Source of the DNA: a virus
Taxonomy: Duplodnaviria > Heunggongvirae > Uroviricota > Caudoviricetes
IMG/VR virus record: IMGVR_UViG_3300037455_000543
Coordinates: 347,136 to 411,135 of that record
Strand: one strand, 5' to 3'
Length of the DNA: 64,000 nt
The notes below the pieces were generated by a model. It saw only the letters and a list, made by a program, of their open reading frames with translations, did no database searches and was not told the origin of the DNA. Below are positions 8,563 through 16,856 of this stretch, one piece after another (the stretch's first letter is position 1; each line of letters begins with the position of its first letter). Made by a program: the position numbers and the translations under genes.

Positions 8563-9750
8563 ATGAATATAAAAACTTTGACACTTGCTTGCAAGTTACT
8601 TCCTAAGAAAAAGTCTATCATGCTTAAGGGCGTGCATGGTATCGGTAAGACTGAATGGGTTAAGTCCATGGCAAGGAAATGGAAACTTAAGCTCGTTATC
8701 TGGCATGCATCTCATGCAGCAGACGCTACCGACATTACCGGTATGCCCAAGATTATCAAGGAAACTATCATTTGGTATGACAAGAAGGGCGAAGAACATC
8801 AAGAAGAACATGAAGTGACGGCTACTTGTCCGCCGAAATGGATGCTTCAGAAAGAACCGGTCTTGTTGCTTCTTGACGAAATCAACAGAGGCTTGTCCAT
8901 TGCGATGAATGCTATCATGCAGCTCACCAATGACCAGACCTATGATGATATTTCTTTGCCTGCAGGTTCAAGAATTTTTGCATGTATCAACCCTGAAGAC
9001 AACGGCAAATATGACGTGTCTTCGCTTGACCCGGCACAGCTTTCAAGATTTGCCGTGTATGAGTTTGAACCGTCTTCTGATGAATGGATTGAATGGGCTA
9101 TCACTGCGGGCGTTCATCCGGTAGTTATCTCGTTCATCAAGGCACATCCTGAATATCTTGACCCGTATACTTTGCCTGAATTGGCTGAAACTTGTGTAGG
9201 CCAGGATGCAATGAAGCTCCCGGATAGAAGAGCTTGGGAATGCGTTTCCGATACTTACAAAGAAGCTGAAAAGGCGGGTGTGTTTGAAGAAGGCACTGGT
9301 ATTCTCGACATGACTGAAATTTTTGCTGGCCTTATCGGTCTTGGTGCAGCAGACAAGTTCATGGCATTCGTGTCCGACCAGAATGGCGCACTCAACCCGG
9401 CTGAAGTCATGGAAATGAATCCGATTGACCCGGAAATTCATCAGAAGCTTTTGGAAATGTGTTCCGAAGATATTCCGAGTGTCACGGGCTTCATTGGTTC
9501 TTGCCAGATGTTCTTGGAAACAAGACTTGTGGAATTGAAGAAGAATTCTGCGACTTCTAAGAAGTGGGCTAAGAACTTCTATGAATTGATTAGCCACTTG
9601 CAGCCGGATGCTAAGATGGCAGCACTTGCAACGGTCGTTGTCGATGCTATTAAACGTCATAAAGACTGGGCCCTTACTTTGTGTAAGATTGAACCGAAGT
9701 TCAAAGACTTGGCTTGGTCTGCGGTCTCTAGCAAGAAGAAAGTCTACTAA
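8563..9750 (+). CDS. MoxR-like AAA+ ATPase
   Basis: Walker A GVHGIGKT, Walker B LLLDEINR, INP, LDPAQLSRF, PDRRAWE. Confidence 0.9.
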   Translation: MNIKTLTLACKLLPKKKSIMLKGVHGIGKTEWVKSMARKWKLKLVIWHASHAADATDITGMPKIIKETIIWYDKKGEEHQEEHEVTATCPPKWMLQKEPVLLLLDEINRGLSIAMNAIMQLTNDQTYDDISLPAGSRIFACINPEDNGKYDVSSLDPAQLSRFAVYEFEPSSDEWIEWAITAGVHPVVISFIKAHPEYLDPYTLPELAETCVGQDAMKLPDRRAWECVSDTYKEAEKAGVFEEGTGILDMTEIFAGLIGLGAADKFMAFVSDQNGALNPAEVMEMNPIDPEIHQKLLEMCSEDIPSVTGFIGSCQMFLETRLVELKKNSATSKKWAKNFYELISHLQPDAKMAALATVVVDAIKRHKDWALTLCKIEPKFKDLAWSAVSSKKKVY

Positions 9751-9771
9751 TAAAAGCTTCTCGTTGATTAC

Positions 9772-9802
9772 AAACCTATCGGTTAACGCCGGTAGGTTTT
9801 TT
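9772..9802 (+). terminator. rho-independent terminator
   Basis: AAACCTATCGG-loop-CCGGTAGGTTT followed by Ts. Confidence 0.75.
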
Positions 9803-9870
9803 AGTTGACTGAGAAAATATATTATCGACCCAGAATAACAATTCAATGTAATAATTTCTATATTATAGTC

Positions 9871-10512
9871 ATGATTCGATTAACAGAGACATATATCAGA
9901 GATTACAAGCTCATCGATGAAAGTCCGCTTGCAGAAAATCGTAAGATGTTCTGGGACTGTCTGACCGCATATATTTCTAAACGGTTTTTCGGAGCCATTG
10001 AGATTGATGGCATATTTAAAGAAATCGGCGGTTATTTTGAAACAAACTATTTTGAGATGGACAAGATAGTCATTCCTGAAGATACTTGTGACGTCGACAT
10101 GGATAAGAAGACGATCAAGTTCAGGAACGATGAAAAGTTTGCGATATTCCTTCATGAAGTCTCGCATTATTACCATATCAAGAAAGATAAGGGTAAGTTC
10201 ATATCAAGAGAATTTGAGGATATGAAACCATATTCGCCAGGTGAACATGGTGAACATTTTAAACCTATGGTCAAATATCTTGAATATGAGGCTGGATGGA
10301 GGTCATTATATTACAATGACATTTATGGGCTGTTTCCAGAGGGTGACAGAACTGTTCTCGAAACTAATCTTAGGAATATACAGCATTATTGTGTTATCGA
10401 AAATATACTTGACTTTGACGGTAACAACGAACAAATTGCCCGTCGAGTTGACGAGTGGATAAAGACGACTGAGAAGTTCAGTTCGGTAGCTGGATTCCGG
10501 ATAGTAATCTGA
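9871..10512 (+). CDS. zincin-like metalloprotease (HExxH)
   Basis: IFLHEVSHYYH with downstream EYEA; likely leaderless ATG at 9871 after CTATATT at 9858. Confidence 0.65.
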   Translation: MIRLTETYIRDYKLIDESPLAENRKMFWDCLTAYISKRFFGAIEIDGIFKEIGGYFETNYFEMDKIVIPEDTCDVDMDKKTIKFRNDEKFAIFLHEVSHYYHIKKDKGKFISREFEDMKPYSPGEHGEHFKPMVKYLEYEAGWRSLYYNDIYGLFPEGDRTVLETNLRNIQHYCVIENILDFDGNNEQIARRVDEWIKTTEKFSSVAGFRIVI

Positions 10513-10587
10513 GAAAAAATCATTTAAGTATATTCACTTACGAATAGAAAATAAAAACCTATATTTAAACAAAAACAAGGAGTCAAT

Positions 10588-10992
10588 ATGACAATGCAGG
10601 AAGCAATCGAAAAACGTGAAACCCTTTTGGCTGAAGAACGCAAGCTCAATCATGCGATCAAGGTAATGCAGTCTGATACTATTCCGTCTTGTGCGGGTGT
10701 GACCATGGCAATCGGTCAGTATCGTCGTCGTCTTCGCGAAATCACTGAAGAAATTCGTGAACTTGCAGACAATATCGATGAACAGGCAACGGAAAATCAG
10801 CGTGTTAAGCCGTTCGTGATGTATGGCGAAACTGAAAAGAAAGCAGAAACGCCTAAGACTGAAATGCCGTCTTGGACTGGCGATTCTGATATTGACTTTC
10901 TTGTAAATCTTCTCAAGAAAGCAGAAGTCTCAATTTCGAAGCATGACGACGGTGATCGTTTCATTACACTTATCAAGGCAATTTTAGACTAG
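10588..10992 (+). CDS. hypothetical coiled-coil protein
   Basis: SD AAGGAG; own promoter at 10559. Confidence 0.75.
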   Translation: MTMQEAIEKRETLLAEERKLNHAIKVMQSDTIPSCAGVTMAIGQYRRRLREITEEIRELADNIDEQATENQRVKPFVMYGETEKKAETPKTEMPSWTGDSDIDFLVNLLKKAEVSISKHDDGDRFITLIKAILD

Positions 10993-11001
10993 GAGTCAAC
11001 A

Positions 11002-11154
11002 ATGACAAAAGCAGAAATTAAGTTTCATTTAGACCGTTTAAAGACAATCAAGATGCGTAAACTTGCTGGACATCCGGCATTCGGCGACAATGGCCTTCGT
11101 AAGATTACCATTGAAAAGCTCAAGAATGCTAAGGTTGATGTAACAGGTTACTAA
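11002..11154 (+). CDS. small hypothetical protein
   Basis: SD AGGAG; 50 aa, MTKAEIKFHLDRLK... Confidence 0.6.
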   Translation: MTKAEIKFHLDRLKTIKMRKLAGHPAFGDNGLRKITIEKLKNAKVDVTGY

Positions 11155-11189
11155 CAGTTTATTAACATTCAACTAACAATCTGTAAACA
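11141..11189 (+). repeat. TAACA repeats at 11-bp period
   Basis: TAACA at 11141, 11152, 11163 and 11174, plus AAACA at 11185. Confidence 0.8.
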
Positions 11190-11362
11190 TGAAGAAATCA
11201 ACTAAGCTTTATCGCCAAGTAGAAGAACTTCTGGGCTGTTTGCCTGATGTCGAAGAGGAATGGATTACCAATCAATCTAAGAGATCAAGGGAACAACTGA
11301 GTCGTGTCGCTGACCGACTGTGTATAATGCAGGAAGTTATAACAGGAATGTTGAGTAACTGA
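11189..11362 (+). CDS. small hypothetical protein
   Basis: 57-aa ORF MKKSTKLYRQVEELL... that fills the gap. Confidence 0.5.
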   Translation: MKKSTKLYRQVEELLGCLPDVEEEWITNQSKRSREQLSRVADRLCIMQEVITGMLSN

Positions 11363-11415
11363 GAGAAAATAAAACTAAAGACCAGGTTTAATAATGACCT
11401 GGTTTTTTCTATATT
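11358..11415 (+). promoter_or_regulatory. promoter/terminator stem-loop with ACTG box
   Basis: ACTG at 11358; ACCAGGT/ACCTGGT hairpin plus T-tract; CTATATT at 11409. Confidence 0.8.
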
Positions 11416-11441
11416 ATAAGTATCAACGAGAGGAAATAACA

Positions 11442-12269
11442 ATGAAACTTAGAAAGCAAATCGCAATTAAGGCAACATCCAAAGAAGCAGTTAAGGATCA
11501 GCTCATTTCTATTAAACCGTCCGACCATTCTATCAAGCCTGTTCCTTGCGATTTTGACCCGAACAAGCATGAATTCAGGTTCAACACGAAGAAGGGTAAT
11601 AACATCAAGCTCGGTAATATTGCAAGCTGGAGCACAGTCTATAGCAATAAGCCTGTCTATATTAAGTATTTGAACGGTTATGTCCAGGGAACATGTGGCA
11701 AGGAATGTAGCAAGAAGAACGGTTGCGATAAGGCTTGCTATGTAGACCGTAGCTATTACCGTCCTGGTGTTCCGTATGGTCATGCAATGAATACTATTGG
11801 CCTCAGGACCGCATCTGAAAAAGTGTTTGCCGATCTTGACAAGCAGCTTGCTCATAGCAAGACTATCCAGATGGTGCGTCTCAATCAGTCTGGTGATGTG
11901 GAATCTGAAAACGAGTTTTTGATGTGGTGTCGCCTTGCTGAAAAGCATCCGAATGTAAAGTTTTACATTTATACGAAACAGTATAAGTATGTTGAACGTC
12001 CTATTTTGAGTGGCATGGTTCCTAATAATTTCCAGGTCAATTACTCTATCTGGCATAAGCACGGAATTGAAGAATTCAATAAGGTCAAGCATGTAAAGAA
12101 CGTTTCTGCATTCGTGTATGACGACGGCGAATTGTATCTTGATATTGCTAAAAAGGACTATTGTCAGGCATATGATGACAAGGGCCATCTGAATCACAAG
12201 ATTACTTGTTCTGTCTGTAAGAAGTGCCTTAATGGAAAGACAAAGGTGATTGGCTGCAAGGCTCACTAA
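11442..12269 (+). CDS. Gp88-like Cys-rich phage protein
   Basis: TC-x3-C...CxxACY, VRLNQSGD, YIYTK, C-terminal CSVCKKC; SD GAGAGG. Confidence 0.7.
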   Translation: MKLRKQIAIKATSKEAVKDQLISIKPSDHSIKPVPCDFDPNKHEFRFNTKKGNNIKLGNIASWSTVYSNKPVYIKYLNGYVQGTCGKECSKKNGCDKACYVDRSYYRPGVPYGHAMNTIGLRTASEKVFADLDKQLAHSKTIQMVRLNQSGDVESENEFLMWCRLAEKHPNVKFYIYTKQYKYVERPILSGMVPNNFQVNYSIWHKHGIEEFNKVKHVKNVSAFVYDDGELYLDIAKKDYCQAYDDKGHLNHKITCSVCKKCLNGKTKVIGCKAH

Positions 12270-12331
12270 TTTCCAGCTTAACAGAAAATTTACTTAACAA
12301 AAATTAAAACTGAAATGATAAAGCCGACTGT

Positions 12332-12339
12332 AATAAATA
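12332..12339 (+). promoter_or_regulatory. possible T4-type late promoter variant (AATAAATA)
   Basis: One mismatch to TATAAATA, upstream of gene 12366, which lacks the early motif. Confidence 0.4.
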
Positions 12340-12365
12340 TATATAAGACACGAGGATTTACATAG

Positions 12366-13973
12366 ATGGGTAGTTTTACTAAATTTATAAACGAAGGAAA
12401 AAGAATCAGTGATTTAGATAGATCAAACGACGTAGCGAATTCTATAATACGTTTGCATAGCATGAAGTCTAATAAAGACTATAAGTTTATCGACATGCAA
12501 AAGTTTAAGAATACCTATGGAAAGTTGGAAGGCTATCTCTATATTGCTGGAACTGAAGGCTTAAGAATCAATTTTAAAAACGACAAGCTTCATTCAATAA
12601 GTTTGTGGGAAAAATATGGTTCTTATGCGCCTGATAGAACAATTCTTATTGACAAAGATACCGATAAGAAAAATCTGTTAAATTTGTATAACAACCTTAA
12701 ACCGGGACTAGATATGAAAATTCATAGCTTACATTATTTCACGCCGAAGACGCATGATGCTTTTATAAGTGTTACGCCGTTCATGGAAGCACTTAAGGAT
12801 AATGGTCCGTGGCATCCGAAGCAGCTTACTCGTTGGCTTGCAGTCTGGGATATTTCCTATCGTCAGTTCTGGGATTTTTGTGATCTTGGTGAATATAGTG
12901 ACGAAGCTGTTTTCAAGTATACTAAAGAAAATATCGATGAATTCGAACAAATCACGAAGCAAGATATTGAATGGCTTGAAGAACAAGCTAATAAAGTCAA
13001 TAATGAATATCAACGTAAACTTGATGGTGAATTCGAAGATGTCGAAGATGTTAAGACTGTAGAACCTGAAGTTATCGAAAACGTTGAAGTCGTATCGAAC
13101 GTCAAGGAAGAAGTCGAAGACAATCCGTATTCTGTTGAAAGCGATGAAGATCTTGCATCTCAGTTAATTGCGGATCCTCTTCCGGTTTTCCGTCAACTCA
13201 ATACCTATGCACTCATGGTTGCACGTGGTCTCAACAATGCACTGTTGATTACTGGACAGGGTGGTGTTGGTAAGTCCTATAATGTGAACAAAATTCTTTC
13301 CACTTATGGTAAGAAGGGCGTTGACTATGTTATCATGAAGGGTAAGAGCTCTGTTTCCGCTATGTATAAATTCCTTTACGACAATTATGACAAGATTGTT
13401 GTATTCGACGATTGCGATAGTGTGCTTCAGAATAATGACGGTCTGAATATTCTTAAGGGCGTTTTGGATAGCGGTGACGTTCGTGAAGTAAGCTGGAATA
13501 CTTCTGGTAGCTGCATGGTTGATACATTCGGTTGTGAAACTCACGAAGAAATCGAACAAAAACTCAAGGCTTGGGAAGAAACTCATAAGAATAAAGTTGG
13601 CATTCCTAACTATTTCCGTTTCATGGGTGCTTGTATCTTTATTAGCAACTTGAGTCGTTCTGACCTTGAAAAGTCTCCGTCTATGCAGGCTCTTCTTGGA
13701 AGATGCACGGCTGTTGATATTCAGTTGATGGCTTCTGATATCATTCTTAGAATTGAGTCGGTTCTTCCGCAGAAGAAAATTTACAATACTCGTGGCCAGG
13801 ATATTTCGGATCCGGCCATCAAGGAAGAAGTTTTCGAATTCATGAAATCTCCGGAATTCATGGAAGATCCGAGAATCAAGAATGCTAACATTAGCTTCAG
13901 ACTTTTCGACAAAATCTATATGTTCAGATATGCTGGCCTTCCGAACTGGAAAGAAATGGCTTACTGTGTCTAA
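12366..13973 (+). CDS. phage AAA-type P-loop ATPase with N-terminal extension
   Basis: Walker A GQGGVGKS, Walker B VVFDDCDS, IFISN, ALLGR. Confidence 0.8.
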   Translation: MGSFTKFINEGKRISDLDRSNDVANSIIRLHSMKSNKDYKFIDMQKFKNTYGKLEGYLYIAGTEGLRINFKNDKLHSISLWEKYGSYAPDRTILIDKDTDKKNLLNLYNNLKPGLDMKIHSLHYFTPKTHDAFISVTPFMEALKDNGPWHPKQLTRWLAVWDISYRQFWDFCDLGEYSDEAVFKYTKENIDEFEQITKQDIEWLEEQANKVNNEYQRKLDGEFEDVEDVKTVEPEVIENVEVVSNVKEEVEDNPYSVESDEDLASQLIADPLPVFRQLNTYALMVARGLNNALLITGQGGVGKSYNVNKILSTYGKKGVDYVIMKGKSSVSAMYKFLYDNYDKIVVFDDCDSVLQNNDGLNILKGVLDSGDVREVSWNTSGSCMVDTFGCETHEEIEQKLKAWEETHKNKVGIPNYFRFMGACIFISNLSRSDLEKSPSMQALLGRCTAVDIQLMASDIILRIESVLPQKKIYNTRGQDISDPAIKEEVFEFMKSPEFMEDPRIKNANISFRLFDKIYMFRYAGLPNWKEMAYCV

Positions 13974-13980
13974 TTAGACG

Positions 13981-14038
13981 ACTGAATAAATAAATTTAAG
14001 ACTTACGGGTTTAAACTTGTAAGTCTTTTTTCTATATT
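13981..14038 (+). promoter_or_regulatory. promoter/terminator stem-loop with ACTG box
   Basis: ACTG at 13981; AAGACTTAC/GTAAGTCTT hairpin plus T-tract; CTATATT at 14032. Confidence 0.8.
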
Positions 14039-14064
14039 ATAAAGGTAATCAAAAGGAGTTTAAC

Positions 14065-14457
14065 ATGTCTACTGCAAAGTTTATTACTTTAAAAGAATTT
14101 AAAAAATTCATTAAAGAAACATGTCCGAATCTTTATGTGAATAAGGACGGTAGTATTTTTATCAAGAATACATGTTATCTTACTTCGATTGCTGATTTAG
14201 GCTTATACGAAGAATACCATGCTGATGGTGATAATCGTATTAAGATTGGTCAATTTGATGAATGTGTAGGCACTAGTATTTTTTATTATGGTCATAAGAA
14301 AAATATTTTTGCTGTATATAATACTGATAAAGAAAAAGCTAAGATGTTTGAAAAAATTTATAATATCTTATTTTCTGAAAAAGAGAAAATTAGAAAGATA
14401 ATATTAGACGAAGCAAATCGTCTTCATGCAATAGCAAACAAAATTTGGATTGGTTAA
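14065..14457 (+). CDS. hypothetical protein
   Basis: SD AAGGAG. Confidence 0.75.
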   Translation: MSTAKFITLKEFKKFIKETCPNLYVNKDGSIFIKNTCYLTSIADLGLYEEYHADGDNRIKIGQFDECVGTSIFYYGHKKNIFAVYNTDKEKAKMFEKIYNILFSEKEKIRKIILDEANRLHAIANKIWIG

Positions 14458-14660
14458 GGAGACCATGTTTCGTGAATTTTATGAATGTTACGTGGGATAA
14501 TCGAGCGGAGCGTCAAAAAGCACTTAATGATCCGGTTAAATATAGTGGTTATTCTGTAATTGTTGATACTGTCTATAATCATGAATCTAATTACACTCCG
14601 AAAAAACCGAAGACTCAAGAGACAATGATAATTAATGGTAAAGAATATATTTTGAGGTAA
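14445..14660 (+). CDS. hypothetical protein (shorter paralog of 17237..17539)
   Basis: Shares KYSGYSxIVDTV and TMxxNGKEYIL with the 17237 protein. Confidence 0.6.
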   Translation: MDWLRRPCFVNFMNVTWDNRAERQKALNDPVKYSGYSVIVDTVYNHESNYTPKKPKTQETMIINGKEYILR

Positions 14661-14672
14661 ATCAACTAGACG

Positions 14673-14730
14673 ACTGAAAGAATATAATGGAGTAAGTAAG
14701 GTTTAAGATTGACCTTACTTTTTCTATATT
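14673..14730 (+). promoter_or_regulatory. promoter/terminator stem-loop with ACTG box
   Basis: ACTG at 14673; AGTAAGGT/ACCTTACT hairpin; CTATATT at 14724. Confidence 0.8.
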
Positions 14731-14736
14731 ATAATC

Positions 14737-15462
14737 ATGTTTGATTGTTGTGTAATGAATCCGCCTTATGAGAAAAGTCTTCACTTGAAGATTATTGCAG
14801 AACTATTACCAAAATGTGAAACAGTAGTTAATATCAGTCCATGCAGATGGCTAGAAGACCCTTTAGCCAGATATAAGAATAATTCTGATTATAAGAAGTT
14901 TGAGGATTCTGTTTCTAAAAAAATCGATGAACTTGATATTATCAAATGTGATAATGCTAATGAATTATTTGATATTGAGCACAGTGATTTGGCAATATAT
15001 AAATTTGGCAATGGCGGATATGATTATGCTAGTCTATCTAAGATGGATAGCATATCGCAAAAGATTTTTGACAAATGTAAATCTTGTAAGACAATGATGG
15101 ATATTTCTACAGAAGAAGGCTATCGTGGAAAACACGATGGAATAATCGGAGTTATTGGTTCTCATCGCCATCCTGGCCCTAAGATTATTTCTGACGATTA
15201 TAATTTGTTCATTACTTATCGAGAAACTTGTGGCAACAAATTAATTTTCTTTAAGAACGAAACTGAACGCCAAAATTGTTTTAAATATCTTACATCCAAG
15301 TTGATAAAGCATTATAGTAGTAAAGTAAGACAGAATCAACGAGTGCCATGGCAATTTATTCCCGTAATCGATTTTTCACAGGAATGTAATGACGGATATC
15401 TAAAAGAATTTTTCGGATTGACTGATAAAGAGTATAAAAATATTTTTATTGACAATTTGTAA
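14737..15462 (+). CDS. amino-methyltransferase catalytic/TRD half (motif IV NPPY onward)
   Basis: Starts MFDCCVMNPPY; ISPCRWL; no SAM-binding motif I. Confidence 0.75.
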   Translation: MFDCCVMNPPYEKSLHLKIIAELLPKCETVVNISPCRWLEDPLARYKNNSDYKKFEDSVSKKIDELDIIKCDNANELFDIEHSDLAIYKFGNGGYDYASLSKMDSISQKIFDKCKSCKTMMDISTEEGYRGKHDGIIGVIGSHRHPGPKIISDDYNLFITYRETCGNKLIFFKNETERQNCFKYLTSKLIKHYSSKVRQNQRVPWQFIPVIDFSQECNDGYLKEFFGLTDKEYKNIFIDNL

Positions 15463-15484
15463 AAAATTTTCTATATTATAAACC

Positions 15485-15946
15485 ATGCAAGATTTAACAA
15501 CGAAGAATGATGGTATTGTTAGAAGTAAAGAAAGAATTACCAAGAATGGTGAAGTCTTTACTCCTAAGGCCTTAGTCGAAAAGATGATGGATAAAATTCC
15601 AGAAGAAAAATGGAAAGATCCTAAGGCTACATTTCTTGAACCTACCTTCGGTTCGGGTAATATGTTGATTTGTATGTTGGAACGTCGTATATCTAGCGGT
15701 ATTTCGCCCATAATCGCTCTACAGACTCTTTTTGGAGTCGAACTAATGCAAGACAACGTTGACTTGTGTAAAAGCCGTATACGCGACGTATTGCGTGTTA
15801 ATAAGGTCAAGATAACGAAGAAGGTAAACGATATTATTGACCATAATTTTGTATGTTCTGATTTTTTCAAATGGGATTTTGAAAACTGGTGCCCAAAAGA
15901 ACAACCAGAATCTTCAGAATCAGAATTATCAGAATTATTTACATAG
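15485..15946 (+). CDS. amino-methyltransferase SAM-binding half (motifs X, I, II, III)
   Basis: GEVFTP, FLEPTFGSGN, FGVEL, CSDF; no NPPY. Confidence 0.8.
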   Translation: MQDLTTKNDGIVRSKERITKNGEVFTPKALVEKMMDKIPEEKWKDPKATFLEPTFGSGNMLICMLERRISSGISPIIALQTLFGVELMQDNVDLCKSRIRDVLRVNKVKITKKVNDIIDHNFVCSDFFKWDFENWCPKEQPESSESELSELFT

Positions 15947-15949
15947 TAA

Positions 15950-16007
15950 ACTGAGATAAAAAGATTATAAAGAAAAGATTGACACTGGTCAGTCTTTTTT
16001 CTATATT
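15950..16007 (+). promoter_or_regulatory. promoter/terminator stem-loop with ACTG box
   Basis: ACTG at 15950; AAGATTGAC-ACTG-GTCAGTCTT hairpin containing TTGACA; 17-nt spacer; TATATT at 16002. Confidence 0.85.
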
Positions 16008-16036
16008 ATAAAGGTAATCAACGAGGAGCATAAACA

Positions 16037-16447
16037 ATGTATCTGTTCAGAAGAATTAGCGAAGAAAAGAATTTGACCAAAGGTGGTCGTGGTCGTGTTG
16101 ATATTTATCAGTCTGTGCATGCTGATTTGAATTATCTTATTGGCTGTGCAAAGAGTAATGTGCATAGTCTTGATGATAGTTTGCCGAATTGGCATGTTCA
16201 TGTAAAGGAACCTGACCAGAAGTATCATCCTGGCTGTGTATTCTGTTCTGAAGGCTTGACTACATTCTATAGTGGCTTCGGAACTAGGGAAGACGACAAG
16301 TATGAATGTAAGACAAAAGTTTTCATTTTCAATACAGACTATATTCCGAACAATATGATTAAGGAAATTGATGAACAGGATATTTCGTTCATTCCCTATT
16401 ATGAACATGGCAAATCTCCAGATCAAATTTATGCTGAAACAAATTAA
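16037..16447 (+). CDS. hypothetical protein
   Basis: SD GAGGAG. Confidence 0.75.
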   Translation: MYLFRRISEEKNLTKGGRGRVDIYQSVHADLNYLIGCAKSNVHSLDDSLPNWHVHVKEPDQKYHPGCVFCSEGLTTFYSGFGTREDDKYECKTKVFIFNTDYIPNNMIKEIDEQDISFIPYYEHGKSPDQIYAETN

Positions 16448-16469
16448 GGATTAGTAAAGGAAATCAGGA

Positions 16470-16856
16470 ATGAGAACTTATACTGATGAAACAATAGGCA
16501 TTACAAAGATTATGCTTACAGAAGCAATATGTTCAATATTGGTAGGTATAATAGCTACAGTTATAGTAATGTATTTGCATAATGATAGTATTATCTGCAC
16601 TGAGTTCTATTGTTATGCTCATCGTCATTCTGTTTATTGTTATTTAGGCTGGAGTGGAATTAATGGTGTTGCAACATATGCTATCTGGACTATAATTTTG
16701 GGGTTTACCAGATATCCGCTATTTTATAATATATTCTGTGTATGGCTTTATAATGTATTACATTTTTCTAGTAATTATTCTGCATGGAAAAGTAATATAA
16801 AGAAAAATACAATGAAAGAATTTTTGAATTACGAAAAAAGTAGGCTTATACGATGA
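16470..16856 (+). CDS. membrane protein
   Basis: Two to three hydrophobic segments. Confidence 0.65.
   Translation: MRTYTDETIGITKIMLTEAICSILVGIIATVIVMYLHNDSIICTEFYCYAHRHSVYCYLGWSGINGVATYAIWTIILGFTRYPLFYNIFCVWLYNVLHFSSNYSAWKSNIKKNTMKEFLNYEKSRLIR

Noticed and set aside
5715-13586. Long minus-strand ORFs (5715..6314, 6842..7633, 7712..8470, 9043..9846, 11409..12266 and others)
   Set aside because: They are antisense shadows of real + strand genes, with no SD or promoter and no protein motifs.
15440-15490. Frameshift or readthrough joining the two methyltransferase halves
   Set aside because: A complete TTGACA...CTATATT promoter and a separate ATG lie at the junction, the halves are in different frames, and no obvious slippery signal is present.
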